DNA of 64,000 nucleotides from Longimicrobiales bacterium (GTDB taxonomy: Bacteria; Gemmatimonadota; Gemmatimonadetes; Longimicrobiales; Gaopeijiaceae). Numbering within the stretch: position 1 is the stretch's first letter; the number at the start of each line of letters is the position of its first letter. Under the pieces are notes generated by a model. That model saw nothing but the letters and a program-made list of their open reading frames with translations, was not told the DNA's origin and searched no databases. Below, in pieces: positions 49,066 through 57,943 of this stretch. The position numbers and the translations under genes were made by a program. The stretch spans positions 512,001 to 576,000 of the forward strand of contig JAWLHJ010000003.1 in the NCBI GenBank assembly GCA_041690395.1, in the 5' to 3' direction.

Positions 49066-51459
49066 ATGTCGATAGGCAGCCATGCCAGCCAACGGGTCCC
49101 CTGCTACTGCGCCATGTGCGTGTCCCGGTGCGGAGCGGCCGCGGTCGTCGAGGACGGACGCTTCGTGACGCTCGAGCCGGATCCCCGGCATCCCACGGGC
49201 CGGGCGTTGTGCGCCAAGGGCCGCGCGGCTCCGGAGCTGGTCTACCACCCGGACCGCCTGCTCTACCCGCAGAAGCGGACACGGCCCAAGGGCGATCCCG
49301 ACCCGGGCTGGACCCGCATCGGCTGGGACGAGGCGCTGGACGTGACGGCGGCGGCCCTGCGAAAGATCGCCGCCGAATCGGGCCCGGAGAGCGTCGCGTT
49401 CACCATCGCTTCCCCGTCCACGTCGGCGTCGGCAGACGCGTTGGTCTGGATCGAGCGGTTGAGACGCGCGTTCGGCAGTCCGAACGAATCGGTCTCGATG
49501 GAGCTGTGTGGCTGGGGCAGGTACGGCGCCACGGCCTATACCTACGGCGCGAGCGTACCCGGGGCGTACATGCCCGATCTCGAGAACGCCGGCTGCATCC
49601 TCTTCTGGGGTTACAACCCCAACGTCGCCCGACTCTCCCATGCGGTCACCACCACGGAGGCGCTCCAGCAGGGCGCGCGCCTCATCGTGGTCGACCCGCG
49701 CCGCGCCGGACCGGCCAACAAGGCCGACGTATGGCTTCGCGTCCGGCCCGGTACGGACGGCGCGCTCGCGCTCGGCATGGCGCACCTGATGATCGAGCGC
49801 GGCTGGTACGACCGGGACTTCGTGCGTGACTGGACCGACGCGCCACTGTTGGTGCGTGCCGACAACGGACGACGCCTGACGGAGCAGGATCTCTCGGGGG
49901 ATTGCGGCCGTGCCCGGCATCTGGTCTGGAGCGAGGCCGCGGGTGGCCCGGTTCCGTGCCGACCGGAGAACGGCGCGCTCGAGAGCCATGACGAGCCGGC
50001 ACTGTTCGGGGAGTTCCGGGTCGACACGGCCGAGGGCACGGTGGTGTGCACACCCGCGTTCGCGCTCGTCGCCGAGCTGTGCGGGCGATACACGCCCGAG
50101 CGAATCGAGGAGATCTGCGGCGTCGAGGCACGGCAGGTGGAAGCGGCCACCCGACTGCTCTGGGAGGCCCGTCCGGTCGCGTATTATGCCTGGAGCGGCG
50201 TCGAGATGCAGTCCAACGCTACTCAGATCGCGCGCGCGATCGGCCAGCTGTACGCGCTCACGGGGAGCCTGGACGCCCGCGGGGGCAACGTGCTCTTCGG
50301 GGCGGTGCCTACCGAGGACGTCGGTGGCCACGAGCTCCTCCCGGCGGAGCGGCGTGAGCGTGCGCTCGGCATGCCGGACCGTCCCCTGGGTCCGGCCCGG
50401 CTGCAACACGTCACTTCGGGCGAGATCTACCGAGGCATCGTGGAGAAGGAGCCCTACCCGGTCCGAGGGCTCGTCGGATTCGGGGCGAACCTGCTCCTGG
50501 CCCACGCCGACGGACGGCGGGGTCGGGAGGCGCTGTCCCGACTGGATTTCTACGTGCACGCGGACCTCTTCATGAACCCCACGGCGGAGCTCGCCGACAT
50601 CGTGCTTCCGGTGGCGAGCCCCTTCGAGCGCGAGGCGCTCAAGGTCGGCTTCGAAGTGAGCGCGGAGGCTCAGTCCTTCGTGCAGCTCCGTCCGCCGGTC
50701 GTCCACCCGCGAGGTGAGGCCCGCTCCGACATGGAGATCGTCTTCGACCTCGCGTGCCGTCTCGGACTGGGCGCGCACTTCTGGGATGGGAACATCGATG
50801 CGGCATATCGCCACCAGCTCCGGCCCTCGGGCCTCTCCCTCGAGAAGCTCCGCGCGACGCCGGGAGGGATCCGCGTTCCGGTCGAGACACGGTACCGGAA
50901 GTTCGCCGAGCTCGTGGATGATGCCCCGCGCGGCTTCGCCACACCGACCGGCCGAGTCGAGATGTACTCCGAGACCATGCTGGCAAACGGATACCCTGCC
51001 CTGCCCGATTACGAGCCGCCGCTCGTGGGTCCGGACACGAGGCCCGACCTGCTCGAGCGGTACCCCCTCGTCCTCACGTGCGCGAAGCATACGCTTTTCT
51101 GCGAGAGCCAGCATCGGGCCCTCCCGAGCCTCCGGCGACGCGCGCCCGACCCGGAAGTCGAGCTGCACCCGACGGCCGCCGCGGAACGCGCCATCCGACC
51201 TGGTGACTGGGTCCGCATCGAGACGCCCCTCGGCGGCGTTCGCGCGAGGGCCCGCTTCAACGAGACCCTTCAGCCCGATGTCGTCTGCGGGCAGCACGGG
51301 TGGTGGCAGGCTTGTGCCGACATCGGCGCACCGGCCTACGACCCGTTCGGCCCGGACGGCGCGAACTACAACCTGCTGATCGGCCGGGACGCAACCGACC
51401 CGGTGAGCGGCTCGGTACCCCACCGCGCCTACCTGTGCGAGATCCGGCGGGAGGAGTGA
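49066..51459 (+). CDS. Molybdopterin (bis-MGD) oxidoreductase, acetylene-hydratase-like clade
   Basis: CAMCVSRC..LCAKG 4Fe-4S motif, ELCGWG ligand region, RPGTDGALA, ADIVLP, C-terminal Molydop_binding. No Tat signal. Confidence 0.88.
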   Translation: MSIGSHASQRVPCYCAMCVSRCGAAAVVEDGRFVTLEPDPRHPTGRALCAKGRAAPELVYHPDRLLYPQKRTRPKGDPDPGWTRIGWDEALDVTAAALRKIAAESGPESVAFTIASPSTSASADALVWIERLRRAFGSPNESVSMELCGWGRYGATAYTYGASVPGAYMPDLENAGCILFWGYNPNVARLSHAVTTTEALQQGARLIVVDPRRAGPANKADVWLRVRPGTDGALALGMAHLMIERGWYDRDFVRDWTDAPLLVRADNGRRLTEQDLSGDCGRARHLVWSEAAGGPVPCRPENGALESHDEPALFGEFRVDTAEGTVVCTPAFALVAELCGRYTPERIEEICGVEARQVEAATRLLWEARPVAYYAWSGVEMQSNATQIARAIGQLYALTGSLDARGGNVLFGAVPTEDVGGHELLPAERRERALGMPDRPLGPARLQHVTSGEIYRGIVEKEPYPVRGLVGFGANLLLAHADGRRGREALSRLDFYVHADLFMNPTAELADIVLPVASPFEREALKVGFEVSAEAQSFVQLRPPVVHPRGEARSDMEIVFDLACRLGLGAHFWDGNIDAAYRHQLRPSGLSLEKLRATPGGIRVPVETRYRKFAELVDDAPRGFATPTGRVEMYSETMLANGYPALPDYEPPLVGPDTRPDLLERYPLVLTCAKHTLFCESQHRALPSLRRRAPDPEVELHPTAAAERAIRPGDWVRIETPLGGVRARARFNETLQPDVVCGQHGWWQACADIGAPAYDPFGPDGANYNLLIGRDATDPVSGSVPHRAYLCEIRREE

Positions 51460-51524
51460 CGGGCTCGGCCGCCGCGTTCGCTACGTTCCTGGGAGGGCAG
51501 CCGCACTCGGGCAGGAGGACTCGC

Positions 51525-52415
51525 ATGGACGTGGTCTGGTCACCGGATTACGAGGTGGACATCGGCACGCATGTCTTTCCCACGCGGAAGTACCGGTTGG
51601 TGAAGGAGAAGCTCGTGGAGGAGGGTACGCTGGACCCGGGAGATCTGGTGCAGCCTTCGCCGCCTACGCGTCAGGTCCTGGCCCGCGTGCATTCCGAGAC
51701 CTATCTGCGGAAGATCGAGGACGGGAACTTCACCCTCGCCGAGCAGCTCAAGCTCGAGGTGCCGTTCTCACCGGCGCTGCGGGACGCCATGACGCTCTGC
51801 TGCGGGGGCACGCTGGAGGCGGCGAGGCGCGCTCTGGACTCTGGGGTAGCCGTGCATCTGGGAGGGGGATTCCACCACGCCTTCGCCGATCACGGCGAAG
51901 GCTTCTGCCTGCTGAACGACGTGGCGGTGGCCGCCCGGGCAGTGCTGGCCGAGGGCCTCGTGGAGAGGGTGGCCGTCGTGGACCTGGACGTCCACCAGGG
52001 TAACGGCACGGCAGCCATCTTCGCCGAGGACCCCGCCGTGTTCACCTTTTCCATGCACCAGGAGAACAACTATCCGGCCGTGAAACCTCCCGGCGATCTC
52101 GACGTGGGGTTGGACGACGGCACGTCGGACAGGCGGTACCTCGAGATCCTCGAGGAGAACCTCGGGCACGTCTGGGAGCACGGCCCCGAGCTGGTGATCT
52201 ACCTGGCGGGGGCGGACCCCTACCGGGAGGACCAGCTGGGGGGGCTCGGGCTTACGCTGGAGGGTCTCCGGGAGCGGGACCGCGCGGTGCTTCAGGGGTG
52301 CCGTGGACAGGGCGTGCCGGTGGCCGTGACCCTCGCCGGCGGCTACGCCGTCGACACGGAGGACACCGTGGAGATCCACTGCGGCACGGTACGAGAAGCG
52401 ATCCGGGCGTCCTGA
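51525..52415 (+). CDS. Histone deacetylase-family amidohydrolase
   Basis: GGFHHA, GFCLLND, DLDVHQGNGT, AGADP, GGY. AGGAGG RBS. Confidence 0.93.
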   Translation: MDVVWSPDYEVDIGTHVFPTRKYRLVKEKLVEEGTLDPGDLVQPSPPTRQVLARVHSETYLRKIEDGNFTLAEQLKLEVPFSPALRDAMTLCCGGTLEAARRALDSGVAVHLGGGFHHAFADHGEGFCLLNDVAVAARAVLAEGLVERVAVVDLDVHQGNGTAAIFAEDPAVFTFSMHQENNYPAVKPPGDLDVGLDDGTSDRRYLEILEENLGHVWEHGPELVIYLAGADPYREDQLGGLGLTLEGLRERDRAVLQGCRGQGVPVAVTLAGGYAVDTEDTVEIHCGTVREAIRAS

Positions 52416-52436
52416 GCGGCGGCCGGCCGGGCCGGG

Positions 52437-53288
52437 TCAAGGATGCCGTCCGTCCGAGGAGGCCGCCCGAAGCAGCCAGATCGTCGCGGCTCCCGTGAAC
52501 ACCGCGAGCGTGCCCCAGACCGGGAGCTCCCCAGGCGGCTCCGCCAGGCCGCGACGGAGAAAGAGGCCCGCGTTCAGGGTGAGCACGGTCAGATAGAGTG
52601 TCGCCTGGACCGCCGCGACCGAGGCGATGACGGCTCCCCAGGGCCGCGCCCGCCATAGCAAATAACCGCCGCAGAGGAGCGCGGGCACCATGAGGGTCAG
52701 ATCCAGGCCGGCGACCAGGCGGAACGCAGCCGGGTCGTCGGCCGGAGCCGAGGCGCCGAAAAAGAGGTGCGCGGCCCACATGACCATCCAGACGGCCGTG
52801 AGTCCGAGCGCGACGAACATCAAGTATCCCCCGACCCAGCGTGTGGGGGCGTCGCTTCGGAACGATGCGGCCACCGTCCGCGCATCGGTGGCGACCAGCC
52901 CGAGAATCAGGCCGACGCCGGCGATCACCACGGCGGCGACATAGAGGGGAAAGAGAGCGTTGAGCGCCGCACCCAGCAGATAGAACGCGTAGTTGTAGAG
53001 GCCGTAGCCGAGCCCCCCCAACCAGAGCAGACGGCCACGCACCGACCCGACACGCTCGAGCCCGATTCCCGTAAGGACGGTCGGAATGGCCAGGAGCAGG
53101 GTCACCAGATCGTTTCCGAGCCACGTCTCGGCGACGTAGCCCGTGTCTCGATAATGCCCGGGAGCCATCAAGCCCGCCCCGGCCTGGAGCAGCATCGCAC
53201 CCGCGAGCGTGCCGGCGAGCTTCAGGGCCAGATCGAGTGTTCCGGTCGGAGGCTTCTCCCTATCGAAGGCTACGAAGGATCCGTGCAT
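52437..53288 (-). CDS. Multi-pass membrane protein, paralogous to 42710-43633
   Basis: GNDLVTLLLAIP, GSVRGRLLWLG..YNYAFY, LNALFPLYVA, GLDL. Confidence 0.75.
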   Translation of the reverse strand: MHGSFVAFDREKPPTGTLDLALKLAGTLAGAMLLQAGAGLMAPGHYRDTGYVAETWLGNDLVTLLLAIPTVLTGIGLERVGSVRGRLLWLGGLGYGLYNYAFYLLGAALNALFPLYVAAVVIAGVGLILGLVATDARTVAASFRSDAPTRWVGGYLMFVALGLTAVWMVMWAAHLFFGASAPADDPAAFRLVAGLDLTLMVPALLCGGYLLWRARPWGAVIASVAAVQATLYLTVLTLNAGLFLRRGLAEPPGELPVWGTLAVFTGAATIWLLRAASSDGRHP

Positions 53289-53421
53289 GCATCTCCTCGA
53301 CTTCGGCTCGCGACGGGGGGCAGTCCACTCCTGCGCCCCGCTCGATTGGACTTCGCTGACCCGCCCCGTACGATTCGACGATTGAAGGGTTCCCCCCCAC
53401 TCCTTTCCCGAGGAGGCGCAC

Positions 53422-53964
53422 ATGCGCACACGTTCCCTTTCCCCACTCGCGGTCCCAGCCGTCGTGATCACCCTCTCGGTGGCGGCCTGCGAATCCCCCG
53501 GAACGGCACCGGAAGTCGTCGACGATCCCGTATACGCCAGCGTCCACGCCCAGACGGCCCAGAGCGAGCTCCTGAGGGCCGTCCGGCAGGCGACCGCGCC
53601 GTTCCACTCGCACACCCGGGCGCTCGAGGCGGGCTACGAGCCCGACGACCATTGCGTCGCTGTCCCGGGCCTCGGCGGCATGGGTCATCACTGGGTCGAC
53701 CAGACCCTGGTGGACCCGGTGTTCGACCCACTCCAGCCCGAGGCGGTGCTCTACGCGCCGGGACGGAACGGACAGCTTCAGCTCGTGGCCGTGGAGTACA
53801 TCGTGATCGATGTCGGGCAGGACCACCCGCACTTCGGTGATCGTCCGCTCGACGTTGGTGGCACGCCGGTTCCGGTCGATCACTGGAGCCTCCATGTGTG
53901 GCTGTACGAAGGGAATCCGGAGGGAATGTTCACGCCGTTCAACCCGAACGTTTCCTGTCCGTAG
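53422..53964 (+). CDS. His-rich hypothetical lipoprotein, paralogous to 28102-28800
   Basis: VAA-C lipobox. MGHHW, LYAP, LVAVEY, LHVWLYEGNPEGMFTPFNP. Confidence 0.8.
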   Translation: MRTRSLSPLAVPAVVITLSVAACESPGTAPEVVDDPVYASVHAQTAQSELLRAVRQATAPFHSHTRALEAGYEPDDHCVAVPGLGGMGHHWVDQTLVDPVFDPLQPEAVLYAPGRNGQLQLVAVEYIVIDVGQDHPHFGDRPLDVGGTPVPVDHWSLHVWLYEGNPEGMFTPFNPNVSCP

Positions 53965-53976
53965 GAGACCGGATCC

Positions 53977-54669
53977 TCAGTCGACGCCGAGGCGTCCGCT
54001 GGCGGCCAGCGCCCCCAGCGCCGCCTCGGCGTCGACGATGTCCGGGCGCGTCGCGAGCAGCGCGGCCAGCACACCGGTCGCATTGGCCACGGCGAAGCTG
54101 ATCCCGTTGAGGTTCCGCTCGGGCGGGACGCCGGGCACGGGCCGCGGGTACGGTGAGGCCCGCACGACGCTCGCGCCGTCGACCTCCACGACGTCGACGC
54201 GCTCCCGAGCCTGGGCGGCGTCCATCACCACACCGAGCACGCCCGGCATGGCGCCGGGATACCAGAGACGCCCGTCGAAATGGTGCGCCGACACGATGAT
54301 CGTCCCCCGCTCCACCGCTCGCGCGACCGACGGGGCGAGCTCGGGCTGGCGGAAGTCGTTGGGGGTGCCGAGGCTCAGATTCACCACACGGATCCCCTGA
54401 TCCGTCGCCCAATCGATGGCCCGCGCCAGGGTTTTCACGGTCGTGGCGAGCTCCCGGTCGAAAACCTTCACGGCGTACAGTCGCGCCCCGGGGGCCTTTT
54501 CGTGGATGGCGGCGGCGGCCGCCGTTCCGTGGCCGAGGCGGTCCGTGTAGTCGTCCGACGCACGTCCCTCGAGGTCGAAGGCGACGCCGCCCGCGACCTC
54601 CGGCAGATGCGGGTGCGGCGCGTTGGCCCCGCTATCGATCACGGCGACCGAGATGGCGTCGTCCCGCAT
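53977..54669 (-). CDS. qhpE: Subtilisin-like S8 leader peptidase QhpE
   Basis: VAVIDSG, GHGT, NLSLG, GISFA. Last gene of the qhp cluster. Confidence 0.85.
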   Translation of the reverse strand: MRDDAISVAVIDSGANAPHPHLPEVAGGVAFDLEGRASDDYTDRLGHGTAAAAAIHEKAPGARLYAVKVFDRELATTVKTLARAIDWATDQGIRVVNLSLGTPNDFRQPELAPSVARAVERGTIIVSAHHFDGRLWYPGAMPGVLGVVMDAAQARERVDVVEVDGASVVRASPYPRPVPGVPPERNLNGISFAVANATGVLAALLATRPDIVDAEAALGALAASGRLGVD

Positions 54670-54680
54670 CGCGCGTCTCC

Positions 54681-56414
54681 TCAGCCCCGAATGACGTCGA
54701 GGAAGATGTCCCGGAACGCGCCGCCTCTCTCCTCGAGCCGTTCCGCGGCTCCGTCCTCCGCGATGCGCCCGTCCTTCACGACCACGACGCGCTCGGCCTG
54801 GCGGGCGAGGTCGATCCTGTGGGTGATGAGGATCGTCGTGCGCCCCTTCATGACCCGGTCGTACCCTGCGAGCACGGTGGCCTCCGACGAGGGGTCGAGC
54901 GCGCCGGTAGCCTCGTCCATGACCAGGACCGCGGGATCGGCGAGGAAGGCCCGGGCGATGGCGAGGCGCTGCCGCTCGCCGGCGGAGAGCTGGCGGCCTC
55001 GCTCTCCGACGACCGTCGCGGGACCGTCGGGCATGGCGGCGACGAGGCCATCGAGCCCCGCCGCGGAGATCGCGCCGGCGACTTCGTGCTCGAGGGCGTC
55101 GGGCCTGGCGTACCGCACGTTGTCCGCGACGCTCGCGTGGAAGATGAACGGGTCCTGCTCGACGATCGCGATGTGCCTCCGGACATCCTCCAGGGCGAGC
55201 CCGCGAAGGTCGTGGCCGTCGAGCATGACGCGTCCGACGTCGGGGTCGAGATGCCGGCCGAGCAGATCGGCGATGGTGGACTTGCCACTTCCGCTCGCGC
55301 CGACGATAGCGACGACCTGACCGGCCGGGATGTCCAGATGGACACCGTGCAGCCCCTGGCTCCCGCGGCCGAAGTCGAGATCGACGTTCTCGAGGGTGAT
55401 GCGGCCCAGACACTCGGAGAGTCGATGCGGAGCACGGGGCTCGACCACATCGGGCGCGGTATCCAGAAGCGTGTGCACCCGGACCAGCGAGGCGCGGGCG
55501 GTGGCGAGGTTGGTGTAGATGCCCATGAGGCCCTGGACGGGGCCCATCAGCCGGGTCTGGTACGCCATGAACGCGACCAGCGTCCCGAGCGTCATGACGC
55601 CCTCGATGACCCGGTAGCCGCCGTAGACGAACACGACGCCCGTGCCGGCCGAGAGGAGCAGACCCGGGAGCCCGCCGGCCAGATAGGTGAAGAGCCGCAT
55701 GGAGAGCAGGGCGTCGACGAAGGAGTCGTTGCGACCCCGGAAGCGGGCGACCTCCCTGCCCTGCGCGTTGGCCCCGACCACCGTGCGCATCCCCTGGAGA
55801 CTCTCGATGAGGAAGGTCCCGATGTCCGCGCTGCGCTCCCGGAGCACACGCACGCGGTCCTCCAACTCGCGACGGTAGCGGAGTAGCGCCCAGAGCGCCG
55901 GAGGCATGGCGACGAGCCCGACCAGGAAGAGCTGCCAGTCGAGGTAGACGAGCATGGCGACGGTCCCGACCAGGGCGACGACCTGCCCGAACCACGCCAG
56001 CGCGGCCTCCGACGTCACCCTCTGGATCTCGCCGATGTCCCCGTTGATGCGCGACACGATGTCACCCAGGGGGGTCCTCGCATAGAAGCGCGGGGACAGG
56101 CGCTGCAGGTGCCGGTAGAGGTGCAGCCGCATGTCGAAGAGGATATTCGCGGATACCTTCGTGTAGCGCATCCCGCTGAACACGTTCAGGCCGAACGAGA
56201 CCGCCGTGATGGCGACGAAGAGGCCGACGATCCGGAGGAGCGCGCCCAAGTCCCCCGCGATGATCGCATCGTCCACGATGAGCTTCGACAGGTACGGCAG
56301 GACGAGATTGAGCGCCGTGCCGAGGAGCGACAGCACCACCACCGGCACGAGCGCGCCGGTATAGGGGCGGACGTAGGCGAGGGCACGACGGATGTGTGGA
56401 TCGACGAACGTCAT
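54681..56414 (-). CDS. qhpF: ABC exporter QhpF
   Basis: TMD + NBD: GASGSGKST, LSAGERQR, VMDEATG. qhp context. Confidence 0.85.
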   Translation of the reverse strand: MTFVDPHIRRALAYVRPYTGALVPVVVLSLLGTALNLVLPYLSKLIVDDAIIAGDLGALLRIVGLFVAITAVSFGLNVFSGMRYTKVSANILFDMRLHLYRHLQRLSPRFYARTPLGDIVSRINGDIGEIQRVTSEAALAWFGQVVALVGTVAMLVYLDWQLFLVGLVAMPPALWALLRYRRELEDRVRVLRERSADIGTFLIESLQGMRTVVGANAQGREVARFRGRNDSFVDALLSMRLFTYLAGGLPGLLLSAGTGVVFVYGGYRVIEGVMTLGTLVAFMAYQTRLMGPVQGLMGIYTNLATARASLVRVHTLLDTAPDVVEPRAPHRLSECLGRITLENVDLDFGRGSQGLHGVHLDIPAGQVVAIVGASGSGKSTIADLLGRHLDPDVGRVMLDGHDLRGLALEDVRRHIAIVEQDPFIFHASVADNVRYARPDALEHEVAGAISAAGLDGLVAAMPDGPATVVGERGRQLSAGERQRLAIARAFLADPAVLVMDEATGALDPSSEATVLAGYDRVMKGRTTILITHRIDLARQAERVVVVKDGRIAEDGAAERLEERGGAFRDIFLDVIRG

Positions 56415-56444
56415 GGGCGCACGTCCCCCCACGGGGCCCCGCGC

Positions 56445-57527
56445 TCAGCCACCCGGAATCACGACCGTCCCGATCATGTCGGCGTCGAACTCGACCGTGC
56501 GGAGCAGCTCGAAGGTGCCCGTGTCGTACACGTCGATGGTATTTCCGGCCACGAAGACGTACAGCTTCTCCCCGTCGGCGCTCACGCGCAGCCCCATCCG
56601 CGGGCGTCCCGGGAACGGATGCTTCCGGGCGACCCGACGCTCCAGGAGGTCGAACTCCCAGAACTCGTAGTGCCCGATGCTGGTGTAGAGGGCATATGCC
56701 TTCTCCCCGCCGGGGGCGAGCGCGAAGCTCCCGACGGGCTCGGACGGGCCGAGCGTGTAGAAGTCGACTTCCTTCTCGCTGAGCCGGACCTCCGCCACGC
56801 CCATCATGTTGCGGTTCTGAATCGGGTCGGTCATGCGGTAGAGCCCCGTCGCGACACCGTCCTCGTCGTAGGTGCCCGGATTCACGCCGAAGCTGGGGCG
56901 TCCGAGACCGGGCTCGAGCGGCTCCGAGATCTCCCAGCGGTCGACCTCCTCGTACGTCTCCGCATCGACCGCGATGATGTCCTCGACGAAGAAGTAGAGC
57001 GTCTCGCCGTCCGGCGAATAGCGGAATCCGACGCCCCGGTCCCGAGGCTCGTCGTCGGGCCAGGGAATCGTGTCGGTGACCTGCTTGGTGCGGAGGTCGT
57101 ACTCGAGCAGGAACGGCCCCTCGACCCGGTAGCGGTCCGTCAGAGCGGTGTACCGCTTGGCGAAGATGACCGCACGGTCGCCGGACGGATGCGGCGCGAA
57201 GCCGTCGATGCGGACGGTCACGCTGTCGTGCGACAGGGTGAGCTCGTCGACGACCTCCCGCGAGGCCAGGTCGACCACTTCGATGCGCTGCGCCGACGCC
57301 TCCTGCACGTACAGCCGCGTCTGGTCTTCGTTCACCAGGATCCGGGTCGGGATGAAGTTGTTCATCTCGATCCGGTCGACCACCTCCTCGCTCGCCTCGT
57401 CCCAGACGAGAACGTCGTGCGTATACGTCGCGATGTACCACGTGGCGGTCTGAGCGGAGACCCCCGCGCCTCCCGCGGCGAGGAGGAGCGCGGCGACGGC
57501 CGCATGGACGGAGATCGTTCGAAGCAT
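56445..57527 (-). CDS. qhpB: Quinohemoprotein amine dehydrogenase beta subunit (beta-propeller)
   Basis: Signal peptide, YVTN-like propeller repeats, directly after qhpC. Confidence 0.75.
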   Translation of the reverse strand: MLRTISVHAAVAALLLAAGGAGVSAQTATWYIATYTHDVLVWDEASEEVVDRIEMNNFIPTRILVNEDQTRLYVQEASAQRIEVVDLASREVVDELTLSHDSVTVRIDGFAPHPSGDRAVIFAKRYTALTDRYRVEGPFLLEYDLRTKQVTDTIPWPDDEPRDRGVGFRYSPDGETLYFFVEDIIAVDAETYEEVDRWEISEPLEPGLGRPSFGVNPGTYDEDGVATGLYRMTDPIQNRNMMGVAEVRLSEKEVDFYTLGPSEPVGSFALAPGGEKAYALYTSIGHYEFWEFDLLERRVARKHPFPGRPRMGLRVSADGEKLYVFVAGNTIDVYDTGTFELLRTVEFDADMIGTVVIPGG

Positions 57528-57580
57528 CGTGCGAAGGCCCAAGGAGGACGGGCTCCTGGCTGGAGGTGACTCGGGGTGCG

Positions 57581-57943
57581 CTACGGGAAGATCAGGTCCA
57601 GCTTGCGCCAGTCCTTCTGCGCCGACGCGCACTTGCCCGTCCAGTCCTGAGCGTGGTTCAGCTGGTCGGGAACGTGGGCGGGCCAGAAGCACGACAGGTG
57701 GCAGTCGAAGATGTCGCGCTCCACCGGCTGGCAGAGGCCCGCGGTCCCGCCCTGGGAGTCGACCTCCCACCCGGGAGCGAACACCAGTGAGCATCCCAGC
57801 GGGAAGTGGGGGCCGTCCTGCTCGTGGGGCGGCGTGCGCAGGCCCACGACGTCCATCTCCTCGGCCTTCGCCTGCGCCGCCTCGTGGGCTACGTACGCCT
57901 CGATGCGCGCGGCTTTCTGATTGATGGGCTTCAGGTGTTTCAT
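57581..57943 (-). CDS. qhpC: Quinohemoprotein amine dehydrogenase gamma subunit (CTQ precursor)
   Basis: Leader MKHLKPINQKA. GCSLVFAPGWEVD..LCQPVERDIFDCHLSCFWPAHVPD..DWRKL. Confidence 0.95.
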   Translation of the reverse strand: MKHLKPINQKAARIEAYVAHEAAQAKAEEMDVVGLRTPPHEQDGPHFPLGCSLVFAPGWEVDSQGGTAGLCQPVERDIFDCHLSCFWPAHVPDQLNHAQDWTGKCASAQKDWRKLDLIFP

